A stretch of DNA of 40,973 bases from a bacterium (lineage in GTDB: Bacteria > Bacillota > Clostridia > Christensenellales > CAG-917), in contig CAVKIG010000002.1 of NCBI GenBank assembly GCA_963656415.1, positions 1-40,973 on the forward strand. Direction: 5' to 3'. This document shows, in pieces, positions 1 to 8,189 of the stretch. A program made the position numbers and the translations under genes. The notes under the pieces were generated by a model. It was not told where the DNA came from and did no database searches. It was given only the letters and a program-made list of their open reading frames with translations. Each line of letters starts with the position of its first letter. Within the stretch, counting starts at the first letter, position 1.

Positions 1-93
1 AGGGTTGCGTAGCGCATGTATTCACGTAGCAACGCCTTTGAAAAAGGCAAAACCGCAGGTTCTATGCGTAAGCATAGCAGTTGCGAGTAGCGT

Positions 94-175
94 GTCGAAG
101 GATCTCGTGTAAACGAAACGAAAAGCCAATTGCGCCCGATAAGTTTTTATAAGTTCACGGCTGTACAAAAGTTTT
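94..175. repeat. Intergenic repeat family, module B, copy 1
   Basis: Hand alignment with 530-610 gives shared blocks gtcgaaggatct / acgaaa / caattgcgcccgataagttt / ataagtt / tacaaaagtttt. A partial third copy lies at 7541-7590. Confidence 0.7.
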
Positions 176-415
176 GCGTTTGAAACCCTAAATAGAAATG
201 CCCCATCTTTCCGGACCGCGCCGGTATTTCTTCCACCACTCGTATAGAGTGCTTTCTCTACAAAACTGTCCGTCGCTCGCGGGGAAGACAGGCGGCACTC
301 GCATAGAAAAGTATCGTCCCCTTTTTATGCCACTTCGCCTGCGTGGCAGCTACGCAACAAAACGCCACGCATTCTCGTACAACCGTCTTGCTCGGCGCTT
401 ATTTGCTCGCCGCCG

Positions 416-476
416 TTGCGGCTCGTGTTCCGTCTTCGAAGTCACACATACCGTTTATATGTGCGCTCCGAACAAG
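416..476. repeat. Intergenic repeat family, module A, copy 1
   Basis: 52 of 61 nt are identical to 7635-7695 by hand alignment. The first 21 nt (ttgcggctcgtgttccgtctt) are identical. Confidence 0.75.
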
Positions 477-529
477 CTGTCCGTTACGGGCGCATTAAAT
501 ATCAATTTTTCCTTGTCATCCTGAGCGAA

Positions 530-610
530 GTCGAAGGATCTAGCGTAGCGAAAAATCAAACAATTGCGCCCGATAAGTTTGTTATAAGTTTAAGGCTCTA
601 CAAAAGTTTT
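530..610. repeat. Intergenic repeat family, module B, copy 2
   Basis: Aligns with 94-175. The conserved core is preceded by cgggcgca (487-494), which is complementary to tgcgcccg (565-572), so the core would sit in a hairpin loop. Confidence 0.7.
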
Positions 611-691
611 ATGGATTGAAGAGCGCACTTCCATTTTTCCATATAATAATATCAATAAACGATATATTTTTATCATATTCAAAAAAATTGC

Positions 692-720
692 TTGTCGCGC
701 AATATTTTATATGTTACTAT
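692..720 (+). promoter_or_regulatory. Candidate sigma-A type promoter for hydCBA
   Basis: TTGTCG, 17-nt spacer, TACTAT, about 40 nt upstream of the hydC start codon. Confidence 0.35.
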
Positions 721-758
721 ATTTAAGGTTATCATTATTCAACAAAGGAGGGCTTACC

Positions 759-1241
759 ATGGCTCATTTAAGCGAGGCGGCGGTTGCGCAAATCAATGCT
801 ATTTGCGACAGATACGTCGAAGAAAACACTCCGCTTATGATGATTTTGAGCGACATTCAAAAGGAATACGGTTATATTCCGCTTGAAGTGCAAGAAATCG
901 TTTCTGATAGGACGGGGATTTCAGTTGCGGAAATTTACGGCGTCGTAACTTTCTATTCGTTTTTCTCTCTCACTCCGAAGGGGAAATACGTTATCGGTTG
1001 TTGCCTGGGTACGGCTTGCTACGTCAAGGGTGCGCAACAGGTTATCGACAAATTCAGTGAAGTTCTCGGTATCAAGCCAGGTGAGACAACTCCCGACGGG
1101 TTGTTTACCATAGACGCGTTGCGTTGTATCGGTGCGTGCGGCATTGCTCCCGCCGTTTCCATCAACGGACAAGTTTATCCCAAGGTTGCCGTGAGCGCAG
1201 TGCCGGGCATCGTTGCGGACTATCGTGCGAAGGAGAACTGA
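759..1241 (+). CDS. hydC: [FeFe]-hydrogenase gamma subunit, NuoE-like [2Fe-2S] thioredoxin-fold protein
   Basis: NuoE-family Cys pattern (CLGTAC ... CIGACG). The AAAGGAGGG Shine-Dalgarno (SD) site lies 6 nt before ATG 759 (the ORF track starts further upstream at 711). It sits first in a hydC-hydB-hydA order, as in Thermotoga-type trimeric hydrogenases. Confidence 0.9.
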   Translation: MAHLSEAAVAQINAICDRYVEENTPLMMILSDIQKEYGYIPLEVQEIVSDRTGISVAEIYGVVTFYSFFSLTPKGKYVIGCCLGTACYVKGAQQVIDKFSEVLGIKPGETTPDGLFTIDALRCIGACGIAPAVSINGQVYPKVAVSAVPGIVADYRAKEN

Positions 1242-1244
1242 TCT

Positions 1245-3128
1245 ATGATAAAGACTTTTGAAGAACTCGAAAGAAGTTGCAAAGATTGCGCTTCTTGTCT
1301 TGACGCTAAATTTACGGGCAGCGACGGAAGAAGACACGTCGTGCTTTGCGGTGGTACGGGCTGCCTTTCGTCCAACTCTGCGGAAATCAGAGAAGAATTT
1401 GTGAAACTCATCAATGCAAACGGTTTGCAAGACAAAGTCACCGTCAATCAGGTCGGTTGCTTCGGTTTCTGCTCTCAAGGTCCGTTTGTCAAGATTTATC
1501 CCGAAGACACGCTTTACAGAATGGTCAAAATCAGCGACGTTGAAGAAATCGTCGAAAAAGACCTTATCGGCGGCGAAGTGGTTGACAGACTTCTTTATGT
1601 AGATCCCACCACTCAACAAAAAATCTCCAAACAAGACGACATCACTTTCTATAAAAAGCAAGTGCGTATCGCTTTGCACGGTTGCGGCAGCATAAACCCC
1701 GAAAAGATTGAAGAAGCACTCGGTGCAGGCGCATTCCGCGGTCTTGCTCGCGCTCTTAAAATGGATAGACAGGACGTCATCAACGAAATCCTTGCGTCAG
1801 GTCTTCGCGGACGTGGCGGCGGCGGTTTCCCGACGGGCAGAAAATGGCAGTTTGCATACGCTCAACCCGACGGCGACAAATACGTCGTCTGCAACGGTGA
1901 CGAAGGCGACCCGGGCGCGTTTATGGATCGTTCCATTCTCGAAGGCAATCCGCTTGCCGTCATCGAAGGTATGATGATTGCAGGTTATGCAATCGGCGCA
2001 CAAAACGGTTATTTTTACGTCCGCGCGGAATATCCTATCGCAGTCAATCGTCTCCGCATAGCGATTCGTCAAGCCGAAGAAATGGGACTTCTCGGCGACA
2101 ACATTCTCGGCACGAACTTCTCGTTCAGAGTGCATATTCGTCTCGGTGCAGGCGCATTCGTTTGCGGTGAAGAGACAGCACTTCTCAACTCGATCGAAGG
2201 CAAACGCGGTATGCCGCGTCCCCGTCCGCCGTTCCCGGCAGTGAAGGGTCTTTGGGAATCTCCGACGATCGTCAACAACGTCGAGACTCTCGCTTGCGTG
2301 CCTTACATCATGAGAGAAGGTTTTGAAAAATTCACTTGCTATGGCACAGAAAAGTCCAAAGGAACGAAAGTGTTTGCTCTCGGCGGAAAGGTCAACAACG
2401 TCGGTCTTGTCGAAGTTCCCATGGGCACGACTTTGCGTGAGCTTATCTACGACATCGGCGGCGGCATTCCCAATGGCAAGCAATTCAAAGCCATTCAGAC
2501 GGGCGGCCCGTCCGGCGGTTGCCTCACGGCAGACGACCTTGACGCACTCATCGACTTCGACAATCTCGTTGCAAAAGGCTCGATGATGGGTTCGGGCGGC
2601 GCAATCGTCATGGACGAAGACAACTGCATGGTTGACGTTGCGAAGTTCTATATGGAATTTATCTGCGACGAATCTTGCGGCAAATGCTCTCCCTGCCGTA
2701 TCGGCACGAAGAGAATGCTCGAACTGCTCACAAAGATAACCAAAGGCACTGCAACCATGGAAGACCTTGACAAACTCATGGACCTTGCCAACTACATAAA
2801 GAGCGACTCTCTCTGCGCTTTGGGACAGACTGCTCCGAACCCGATTCTTTCCACGCTTGCTCATTTCAGAGACGAATACGTGGCGCACATCGTGGACAAA
2901 AAGTGCCCGGCACACGTGTGCAAGAGCCTTATGAACTACGAAATCGTTGCGGATAAGTGCATCGGTTGCGGACTTTGCGAAAGAAACTGCCCTGTCGGCG
3001 CAATCACGTCAACGGGCGTTCCGTCCCCGGGACACAAACTCCCCGCAAGACAAATCGATCCCGCAAAATGCATCAAGTGCGGCGCATGTATGTCTGCTTG
3101 CCGCCTGAAAGCAATCGAGAAAAAATAA
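1245..3128 (+). CDS. hydB: [FeFe]-hydrogenase beta subunit, NuoF-like flavoprotein with extra Fe-S domains
   Basis: Has the FMN/NADH-site motif GRGGGGFPTGRKW and the CGKCSPCRIG 4Fe-4S motif. It also has an N-terminal 2Fe-2S-like domain and a C-terminal 2x[4Fe-4S] ferredoxin (CIGCGLCERNCP, CIKCGACMSAC). It starts 4 nt after the hydC stop. Confidence 0.93.
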   Translation: MIKTFEELERSCKDCASCLDAKFTGSDGRRHVVLCGGTGCLSSNSAEIREEFVKLINANGLQDKVTVNQVGCFGFCSQGPFVKIYPEDTLYRMVKISDVEEIVEKDLIGGEVVDRLLYVDPTTQQKISKQDDITFYKKQVRIALHGCGSINPEKIEEALGAGAFRGLARALKMDRQDVINEILASGLRGRGGGGFPTGRKWQFAYAQPDGDKYVVCNGDEGDPGAFMDRSILEGNPLAVIEGMMIAGYAIGAQNGYFYVRAEYPIAVNRLRIAIRQAEEMGLLGDNILGTNFSFRVHIRLGAGAFVCGEETALLNSIEGKRGMPRPRPPFPAVKGLWESPTIVNNVETLACVPYIMREGFEKFTCYGTEKSKGTKVFALGGKVNNVGLVEVPMGTTLRELIYDIGGGIPNGKQFKAIQTGGPSGGCLTADDLDALIDFDNLVAKGSMMGSGGAIVMDEDNCMVDVAKFYMEFICDESCGKCSPCRIGTKRMLELLTKITKGTATMEDLDKLMDLANYIKSDSLCALGQTAPNPILSTLAHFRDEYVAHIVDKKCPAHVCKSLMNYEIVADKCIGCGLCERNCPVGAITSTGVPSPGHKLPARQIDPAKCIKCGACMSACRLKAIEKK

Positions 3129-3140
3129 GGAGAGAGAACT

Positions 3141-4919
3141 ATGGCTAAAATAAATATAAAAATCGAAGGTGTGCCTTATCAGGTCGAACAAGGTTTGACC
3201 ATACTCGAAGCGGCAAAGGCTTGCGGATACGAAATTCCGTCCCTTTGCGCATACAATCACGGTGAATGCTCTCGCGGTTCCTGCCGTGTATGTCTCGTCG
3301 AAGCAACGGGCGCACGCGGTCTCGTGGCGTCCTGCGTATATCCCGTCGCAGAAGGCATGGAAATCACCATTTCTTCTCCGAAAGCGACTGCGGCAAGAAG
3401 ATCTTCTGTCGAACTTCTTCTTTCCAACCACAACCGCAACTGCCAAGAGTGCGACAAGAACGGCAAATGCGAACTTTTGCACGTGGCAGTGCTCACAGGC
3501 GCAAGAGAAGGCATCTACGGCGGTGAACAAACACCCGTAACCGTGGACGCAATCACTCCGTCTATAAAACGCGATACGTCAAAATGCGTGCTTTGCGGCA
3601 GATGTATCGAACGTTGCAAGAACGCGCACGGTCTTTCCATTCTCGGCTTTGAAAAACGCGGATTCAAGACTATCGTCGCTCCTGCCGAAAACAGAAGTTT
3701 TGCGGATTCTCCGTGCATTCTTTGCGGACAATGCGTCAGCGTTTGCCCGACGGGCGCACTTATGGAAGTTAGCGAAATCGACAAAGTGGACGCCGCGTTC
3801 AAGGCAGGCAAATACGTCGTCGTTCAGACCGCACCGGCAGTTAGAGCGGCACTCGGTGAAGAATTCGATATGCCTATCGGCACGCTCGTCACCGGCAAAA
3901 TGGTCGCGGCACTTCGCCGTCTCGGCTTCAAGAAAGTGTTCGATACCAACTTCGGCGCGGACCTTACTATCATGGAAGAAGCAACCGAATTGCTCACGAG
4001 AGTGAGAGAAGGCGGCACGCTTCCGATGATCACGTCCTGCTCTCCCGGATGGATCAACTATGCAGAATATTATTATCCCGAACTGCTCGATCATCTTTCT
4101 TCCTGCAAATCACCGCACGAAATGTTCGGCGCAATTCTCAAAACCTATTATGCGGAGCAAAACGGCATCAAACCCGAAGATATTTTCGTCGTTTCCGTTA
4201 TGCCTTGCACCGCAAAGAAATTCGAAAAGGACAGGGAAGAACTTCAGATCAACGGTCTCAAAGACGTGGACGCAGTGCTCACCACTCGCGAACTCGGCAA
4301 GATGATCAAACGTGCAGGCATACTCTTCAATCGTCTTCCCGACGAAGAATTCGACAACGACATCGTCGGTGAATACACCGGCGCAGGCGTCATCTTCGGC
4401 GCAACGGGCGGCGTTATGGAAGCGGCACTTCGCACGGCCGCATACGTTCTCAACGGTGAAGAACTCGAACATGTCGAACTAGAAGAAGTTCGCGGCATGG
4501 CAGGCATCAAAGAAGCAACTTACACGCTCGGCGGAATGGACGTCAAAGTTGCCGTCGCATCCGGCATGAAGAACGCAAAAGTGCTCCTTGAACAAATCAA
4601 AGCAGGCACAAGCCCCTATCATTTCATCGAAATCATGGGCTGTCCCGGCGGATGCGTCGCAGGCGGCGGACAACCGTACGTCAAACCGTGTTTCCTTCCC
4701 AACGAAGCCGACGACATTCTCGACACCTTCCGTGACAAACGCGCTGCCGCTCTCTATCAGGAAGACGAAGGCAAGCAAATCCGCGTTTCTCACAAGAACG
4801 AGCAAGTCATCAGACTTTACGACGAATTCCTTGGCTCGCCAAACAGTCATCTTGCGCACGAGTTGTTGCATACGACTTACAACTCCAATCGCACCCGCTT
4901 CCCCAAAAAAGTGCGCTAA
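3141..4919 (+). CDS. hydA: [FeFe]-hydrogenase catalytic subunit (M3-type domain layout)
   Basis: Has N-terminal 2Fe-2S and 4Fe-4S Cys clusters (CVLCGRCIERC, CILCGQCVSVCP). H-cluster motifs are TSCSPGW (L1 variant), MPCTAKKFE (L2) and EIMGCPGGCVAGGGQP (L3). A small-subunit-like tail is at the C-terminus. Confidence 0.95.
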   Translation: MAKINIKIEGVPYQVEQGLTILEAAKACGYEIPSLCAYNHGECSRGSCRVCLVEATGARGLVASCVYPVAEGMEITISSPKATAARRSSVELLLSNHNRNCQECDKNGKCELLHVAVLTGAREGIYGGEQTPVTVDAITPSIKRDTSKCVLCGRCIERCKNAHGLSILGFEKRGFKTIVAPAENRSFADSPCILCGQCVSVCPTGALMEVSEIDKVDAAFKAGKYVVVQTAPAVRAALGEEFDMPIGTLVTGKMVAALRRLGFKKVFDTNFGADLTIMEEATELLTRVREGGTLPMITSCSPGWINYAEYYYPELLDHLSSCKSPHEMFGAILKTYYAEQNGIKPEDIFVVSVMPCTAKKFEKDREELQINGLKDVDAVLTTRELGKMIKRAGILFNRLPDEEFDNDIVGEYTGAGVIFGATGGVMEAALRTAAYVLNGEELEHVELEEVRGMAGIKEATYTLGGMDVKVAVASGMKNAKVLLEQIKAGTSPYHFIEIMGCPGGCVAGGGQPYVKPCFLPNEADDILDTFRDKRAAALYQEDEGKQIRVSHKNEQVIRLYDEFLGSPNSHLAHELLHTTYNSNRTRFPKKVR

Positions 4920-4923
4920 ATAG

Positions 4924-5014
4924 CGAATAACTGCGTCAACACCCATCCGCTCCAAAATCACGTACTAAATGTACGTTGGGTTTTGTTTCGGATGGGTGTT
5001 TCCTTGTTCTTCAT
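4924..5014 (+). repeat. Tandem ~91-nt repeat, copy 1; contains a long hairpin that likely terminates hydCBA
   Basis: A 12-bp outer stem aacacccatccg (4938-4949) / cggatgggtgtt (4989-5000) encloses an acgtac/gtacgt inner stem and is followed by a T-rich tccttgttcttc. It aligns with 5053-5144. Confidence 0.6.
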
Positions 5015-5052
5015 CTATTTATCGCGTTGTTTCCCACAACGCACAAAAATAA

Positions 5053-5144
5053 CGAATAACTGTGGCAACGCTCTACGGCTCGCAACTAACGTACGTATAG
5101 TACGCTAGGGTTGCTGTTCAAGGGGGTGTTTTCTTGTTCTCCAT
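5053..5144 (+). repeat. Tandem ~91-nt repeat, copy 2 (diverged)
   Basis: Shares cgaataactg at its start, the central acgtac..gtacg palindrome and the ggtgttt(c/t)cttgttct(t/c)cat end with copy 1. Its inner stem is gcaac/gttgc instead of caaaa/ttttg. Confidence 0.6.
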
Positions 5145-5239
5145 TTATGTTATAATCGCCGTTTAAAACGACGGCTTGACTATCCGCAAAATTCAACTCC
5201 GAAAAAACGGATTTTTATAAGTAAAAATCCATATTGCTA

Positions 5240-5268
5240 TTTACATTTTTATGGATTTATGATAATAT
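5240..5268 (+). promoter_or_regulatory. Candidate promoter for the small membrane-protein gene
   Basis: TTTACA, 17-nt spacer, TAATAT. Confidence 0.4.
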
Positions 5269-5316
5269 ACTGTTTGTAGGATAAAACCTAAAAATACACG
5301 TATTATGAGGTATATC

Positions 5317-5544
5317 ATGGCAACAAAACGTAAAAGCGATTACTTCGGACTCAGTTATATCGTCAGCGTTATTTTGGCGATAATCCCCGTAACGTCTTGG
5401 GTTTGCGGCTTCGTCACCAGATTCATGGAAGGCAAAATCGTTGCAGGTATTCTTCGTCTCGTTCTCGGTTGGAACATCATCTGGATTGCGGACATCATCT
5501 GCATGATCGTCAAGAGATCCATCCTTCGTCTCATCAACTGTTAA
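5317..5544 (+). CDS. Small membrane protein with two predicted TM helices, function unknown
   Basis: 75 aa with two hydrophobic stretches (LSYIVSVILAIIPVTSWVCGFV and ILRLVLGWNIIWIADIICMIV). GAGG lies 6 nt before ATG 5317. Confidence 0.55.
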   Translation: MATKRKSDYFGLSYIVSVILAIIPVTSWVCGFVTRFMEGKIVAGILRLVLGWNIIWIADIICMIVKRSILRLINC

Positions 5545-5545
5545 G

Positions 5546-5701
5546 ATGAAGATAGAGTATCAAGACAAAGTTTACGAAGATAAAAGGCAGGCTCTTTGCG
5601 AGTTTGCCTTTTGCCATTTTCCGCTCACTATAACGGTGGACGGAGAGAGTTTGGTTTTCGAGTGGTTCAGCGATCTTGAAAATTATCTCAAATCGCACTA
5701 G
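5546..5701 (+). CDS. Possible unannotated 51-aa ORF (MKIEYQDKVYEDKRQALCEFAFCHFPLTITVDGESLVFEWFSDLENYLKSH)
   Basis: My own translation; it falls below the ORF-track length cutoff. The ATG is 1 nt after the preceding TAA, so translational coupling is possible. The composition looks protein-like but there is no SD. Confidence 0.25.
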   Translation: MKIEYQDKVYEDKRQALCEFAFCHFPLTITVDGESLVFEWFSDLENYLKSH

Positions 5702-5880
5702 ACGGCAGTTAAAGCATTGAAAAGAACGATATAAACGTCCGATTGCGAAAGAAAAGCGTGAATTGAGTTTTTTCGACGTCGGGCGTTTTTTCATGCCGTT
5801 TTGCAAGACTTTTTCACGGCATTTTGCAATCGGTTTACGGTGAGTTTTCAAAAAAATGTCTGCCGATTTTAAGTTGCCTA

Positions 5881-5909
5881 TTGAAAAATCTTTGCAAGGT
5901 TGATACAAT
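5881..5909 (+). promoter_or_regulatory. Candidate promoter for the GPH transporter gene
   Basis: TTGAAA, 17-nt spacer ending in TGA (extended -10), TACAAT. Confidence 0.5.
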
Positions 5910-5938
5910 ATTTTTATACAAAAATGAAGGGGAAAATT

Positions 5939-7492
5939 ATGGAAGAGACGAAAAACGAAGTCGCGGCTTTGCCGTCCGACGACACAAAACTCTCGAAACG
6001 CAATTTCTTTATGTTTCCGCTCGGAACGTTGGGCAGAGATTTTCTGTATAACTTTTTCAACGGATACCTGCTTTCGTTCTGCGTGCTGACAAAGCACCTT
6101 AACGTTGCGCAGTTCACGGCAATCACGTTCATCATCGTTGCGGCAAGAATTTTTGACGCGTTCAACGATCCGATCATGGGCGGCATCGTCGAAAACACTC
6201 GTACGAAGTGGGGCAAATATAAGCCGTGGCAACTCATCGGTTGCGTGCTTACGGCAGGCGTCATCATCGCTCTTTTCAATATCCCTGCCGACGGATGGGG
6301 ATTTATCGCGTTGATTGCGGTGATGTATTTCTTGTTCTCAATCACGTTTACGATGAACGACATCTCATATTGGGGAATGATGCCCACGCTCACAAGCGAT
6401 CCGCACGACAGAGACAAACTCATGTCTTTCACGCAAATCATCGTCGGTATAGGCGGAGGCTCGGCAGGACTTATCGTCCCGACGCTCACCGCAGGCGATA
6501 TGGCGATAGGCGGCAATGCGCAAACCGGTTACGGTGTGCTTGCAATCGTTGCGGCGGTGCTTATGTGCGGTTTTCAGTTGTTCACAATTTTAGGCGTAAA
6601 AGAAAAACCGTTGCCGAAAAATCTCGTCAAAACTCCGCCCATGAAACTCAAGGACATGTTCCGCGTGTTGTTCAAGAACGACCAACTTATGTGGTGCGCG
6701 CTCGTTATGTTGCTTTTCAACGTCGGCACAAACGTAGTCGGCGGCGGTTTGGGAATGATGTACGTGTATTTCGAGTTCGGTTACAGCGGGATGCTCTGGA
6801 CGGTGTTCGGCGTAGGCTATGCCGTGGTTTCGGTGGTATTTACGCTCATATATCCGTGGCTTGCAAAGAAATACGGCAGAGACAAAATTCTGTATTCGTG
6901 CGGAATCGCAATCATCGCAGGGTACGCACTCATGATGGTTTTGGGACTCACCGTTCCGAATACGCTTCTTTTTGAAGTGCTCGGCATGAAGATAACGCTA
7001 AGATTCGTTCTCATGTTCCTTGCGTACACCGTGGCAGGTTGGGGCGGCGGCTTCTATATGATTATGGTCATAAACATGGCAAACACCGTCGAGTACAACG
7101 AGTACAGAACGGGCAAACGCGACGAAGGTCTCATATTCTCGCTTCGTCCGTTCACCGCAAAAATGGGCTCTGCGCTCATGCAAGGTCTCGTGTCGCTCGT
7201 GTACGTCATTGCAGGCGTTTTGACTTACACCAACAAACTCACGGATATAGATAGAGGGCTCGGCGGTGGAGAAACGTACGAATCGGTTATCGCGCAAGTG
7301 CCGGGCGACAGCAAAATCAAACTGCTCGTTTTCACCTGCGTTATCCCGATGGTGTTCCTTGCAGTCGCACTCATCTTTTATAAGAAAAAGTGTTTCCTGA
7401 ACGAAGCCAAGATGGCAGAAATGGTTGCCGCAATCGAAGAGCGCAAACTCGCCGCCACCGCGCAAGACGAAGACGTGGAAAGTAATGAATAA
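5939..7492 (+). CDS. Glycoside-pentoside-hexuronide (GPH) family sugar:cation symporter (MelB/YicJ-like)
   Basis: DAFNDPIMGGIVENTRTKWGKYKPW matches the GPH loop 2-3 signature, and there are about 12 hydrophobic segments. The GAAGGGG SD lies 6 nt before ATG 5939 (the track ORF begins at an upstream TTG, 5900). Confidence 0.88.
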   Translation: MEETKNEVAALPSDDTKLSKRNFFMFPLGTLGRDFLYNFFNGYLLSFCVLTKHLNVAQFTAITFIIVAARIFDAFNDPIMGGIVENTRTKWGKYKPWQLIGCVLTAGVIIALFNIPADGWGFIALIAVMYFLFSITFTMNDISYWGMMPTLTSDPHDRDKLMSFTQIIVGIGGGSAGLIVPTLTAGDMAIGGNAQTGYGVLAIVAAVLMCGFQLFTILGVKEKPLPKNLVKTPPMKLKDMFRVLFKNDQLMWCALVMLLFNVGTNVVGGGLGMMYVYFEFGYSGMLWTVFGVGYAVVSVVFTLIYPWLAKKYGRDKILYSCGIAIIAGYALMMVLGLTVPNTLLFEVLGMKITLRFVLMFLAYTVAGWGGGFYMIMVINMANTVEYNEYRTGKRDEGLIFSLRPFTAKMGSALMQGLVSLVYVIAGVLTYTNKLTDIDRGLGGGETYESVIAQVPGDSKIKLLVFTCVIPMVFLAVALIFYKKKCFLNEAKMAEMVAAIEERKLAATAQDEDVESNE

Positions 7493-7500
7493 TTATTAAT

Positions 7501-7590
7501 TGCAGCACGGGCGCAAAAAAAGTTTGTTATTCTAAGTGAAGTCGAAGAATCTCGTGGAAACGAAACGACAAACTTTTTCTGCGCCCGTGC
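7501..7590. repeat. Module B repeat copy 3, embedded in a long hairpin immediately after the transporter stop codon
   Basis: Arms 7505-7527 and 7568-7590 pair at 22 of 23 positions. The loop carries gaagtcgaagaatctcgtggaaacgaaacga, matching the core of 94-175. TTATTAATT flanks it at 7493-7501 and 7596-7604. Confidence 0.75.
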
Positions 7591-7634
7591 CAAAATTATT
7601 AATTATTCATTATTAATTATTAATTTTTATGCCA

Positions 7635-7695
7635 TTGCGGCTCGTGTTCCGTCTTTTAAGTTACAAATTCCGTTTATAAGTGTGCTACGAACGAG
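7635..7695. repeat. Intergenic repeat family, module A, copy 2
   Basis: 52/61 identity with 416-476. Confidence 0.75.
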
Positions 7696-7763
7696 TGCCG
7701 GTGCTTTTTTGCGCTATATTATATATAAATATAACTATTTATTACCCAATATTTCAAAATCGT

Positions 7764-7792
7764 TTGACAAAAGGCGCGCGTTTTGATAAATT
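7764..7792 (+). promoter_or_regulatory. Promoter of the rplU-prp-rpmA operon
   Basis: TTGACA, 17-nt spacer containing TG one base before the -10, TAAATT. Confidence 0.6.
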
Positions 7793-7794
7793 AG

Positions 7795-7877
7795 ATGTCG
7801 AGCCGCTCGAAAGTGGTTTTTAAGTCAATCAAAAGATTGCACCTATGTCGGCGAGACTGGTTAGAGGAGGTAAAACA
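7795..7877 (+). promoter_or_regulatory. 5' leader of rplU (possible L21-leader type ribosomal-protein autoregulatory RNA)
   Basis: An ~80-nt leader between the promoter and the SD, with a local hairpin (tcgag ccg ctcga). Firmicutes are known to carry an L21 leader here. I could not verify the fold. Confidence 0.3.
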
Positions 7878-8186
7878 ATGTACGCAATAGTTGAATGTGG
7901 CGGCAAGCAATACAAAGTCGAGAAAGACATGCTCGTCAAGGTCGAGAAAATCGATGCCGAAATCGGTGACGTGGTCGAACTCAAAACGCTCATGCTTGTT
8001 GACGACAACGGCAACGTAAAAGCGGGCGCAGACGCAAACGGCGCAAAAGTCAGTGCAAAAGTCAATGCACAAGACAAGTTCCCCAAAGTCTACGTTTTCC
8101 ATTACAAAGCCAAGAAGAACATCAGAAAGCGTCAAGGTCATCGTCAACCGTATACCGAGTTGAAGATTGTTTCAATCGAGGGTTAA
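7878..8186 (+). CDS. rplU: 50S ribosomal protein L21
   Basis: The MYAIVECGGKQYKV... N-terminus is classic L21. AGAGGAGG precedes ATG 7878. Confidence 0.95.
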   Translation: MYAIVECGGKQYKVEKDMLVKVEKIDAEIGDVVELKTLMLVDDNGNVKAGADANGAKVSAKVNAQDKFPKVYVFHYKAKKNIRKRQGHRQPYTELKIVSIEG

Positions 8187-8189
8187 ACG

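Noticed and set aside
198-619. 108-aa and 67-aa plus-strand ORFs upstream of hydC
   Set aside because: They run through the intergenic repeat modules, are Arg/Ser-rich and have no SD. The repeat copies are not conserved in a consistent reading frame.
5534-6232. 232-aa minus-strand ORF
   Set aside because: Its first ~100 codons are antisense to the GPH transporter gene. The rest crosses the transporter promoter, and it has no convincing start context or domain.
6226-6975. 249-aa plus-strand ORF in an alternative frame of the transporter gene
   Set aside because: It is extremely Arg/His-rich and lies inside a gene whose own frame shows a clear GPH signature and TM pattern.
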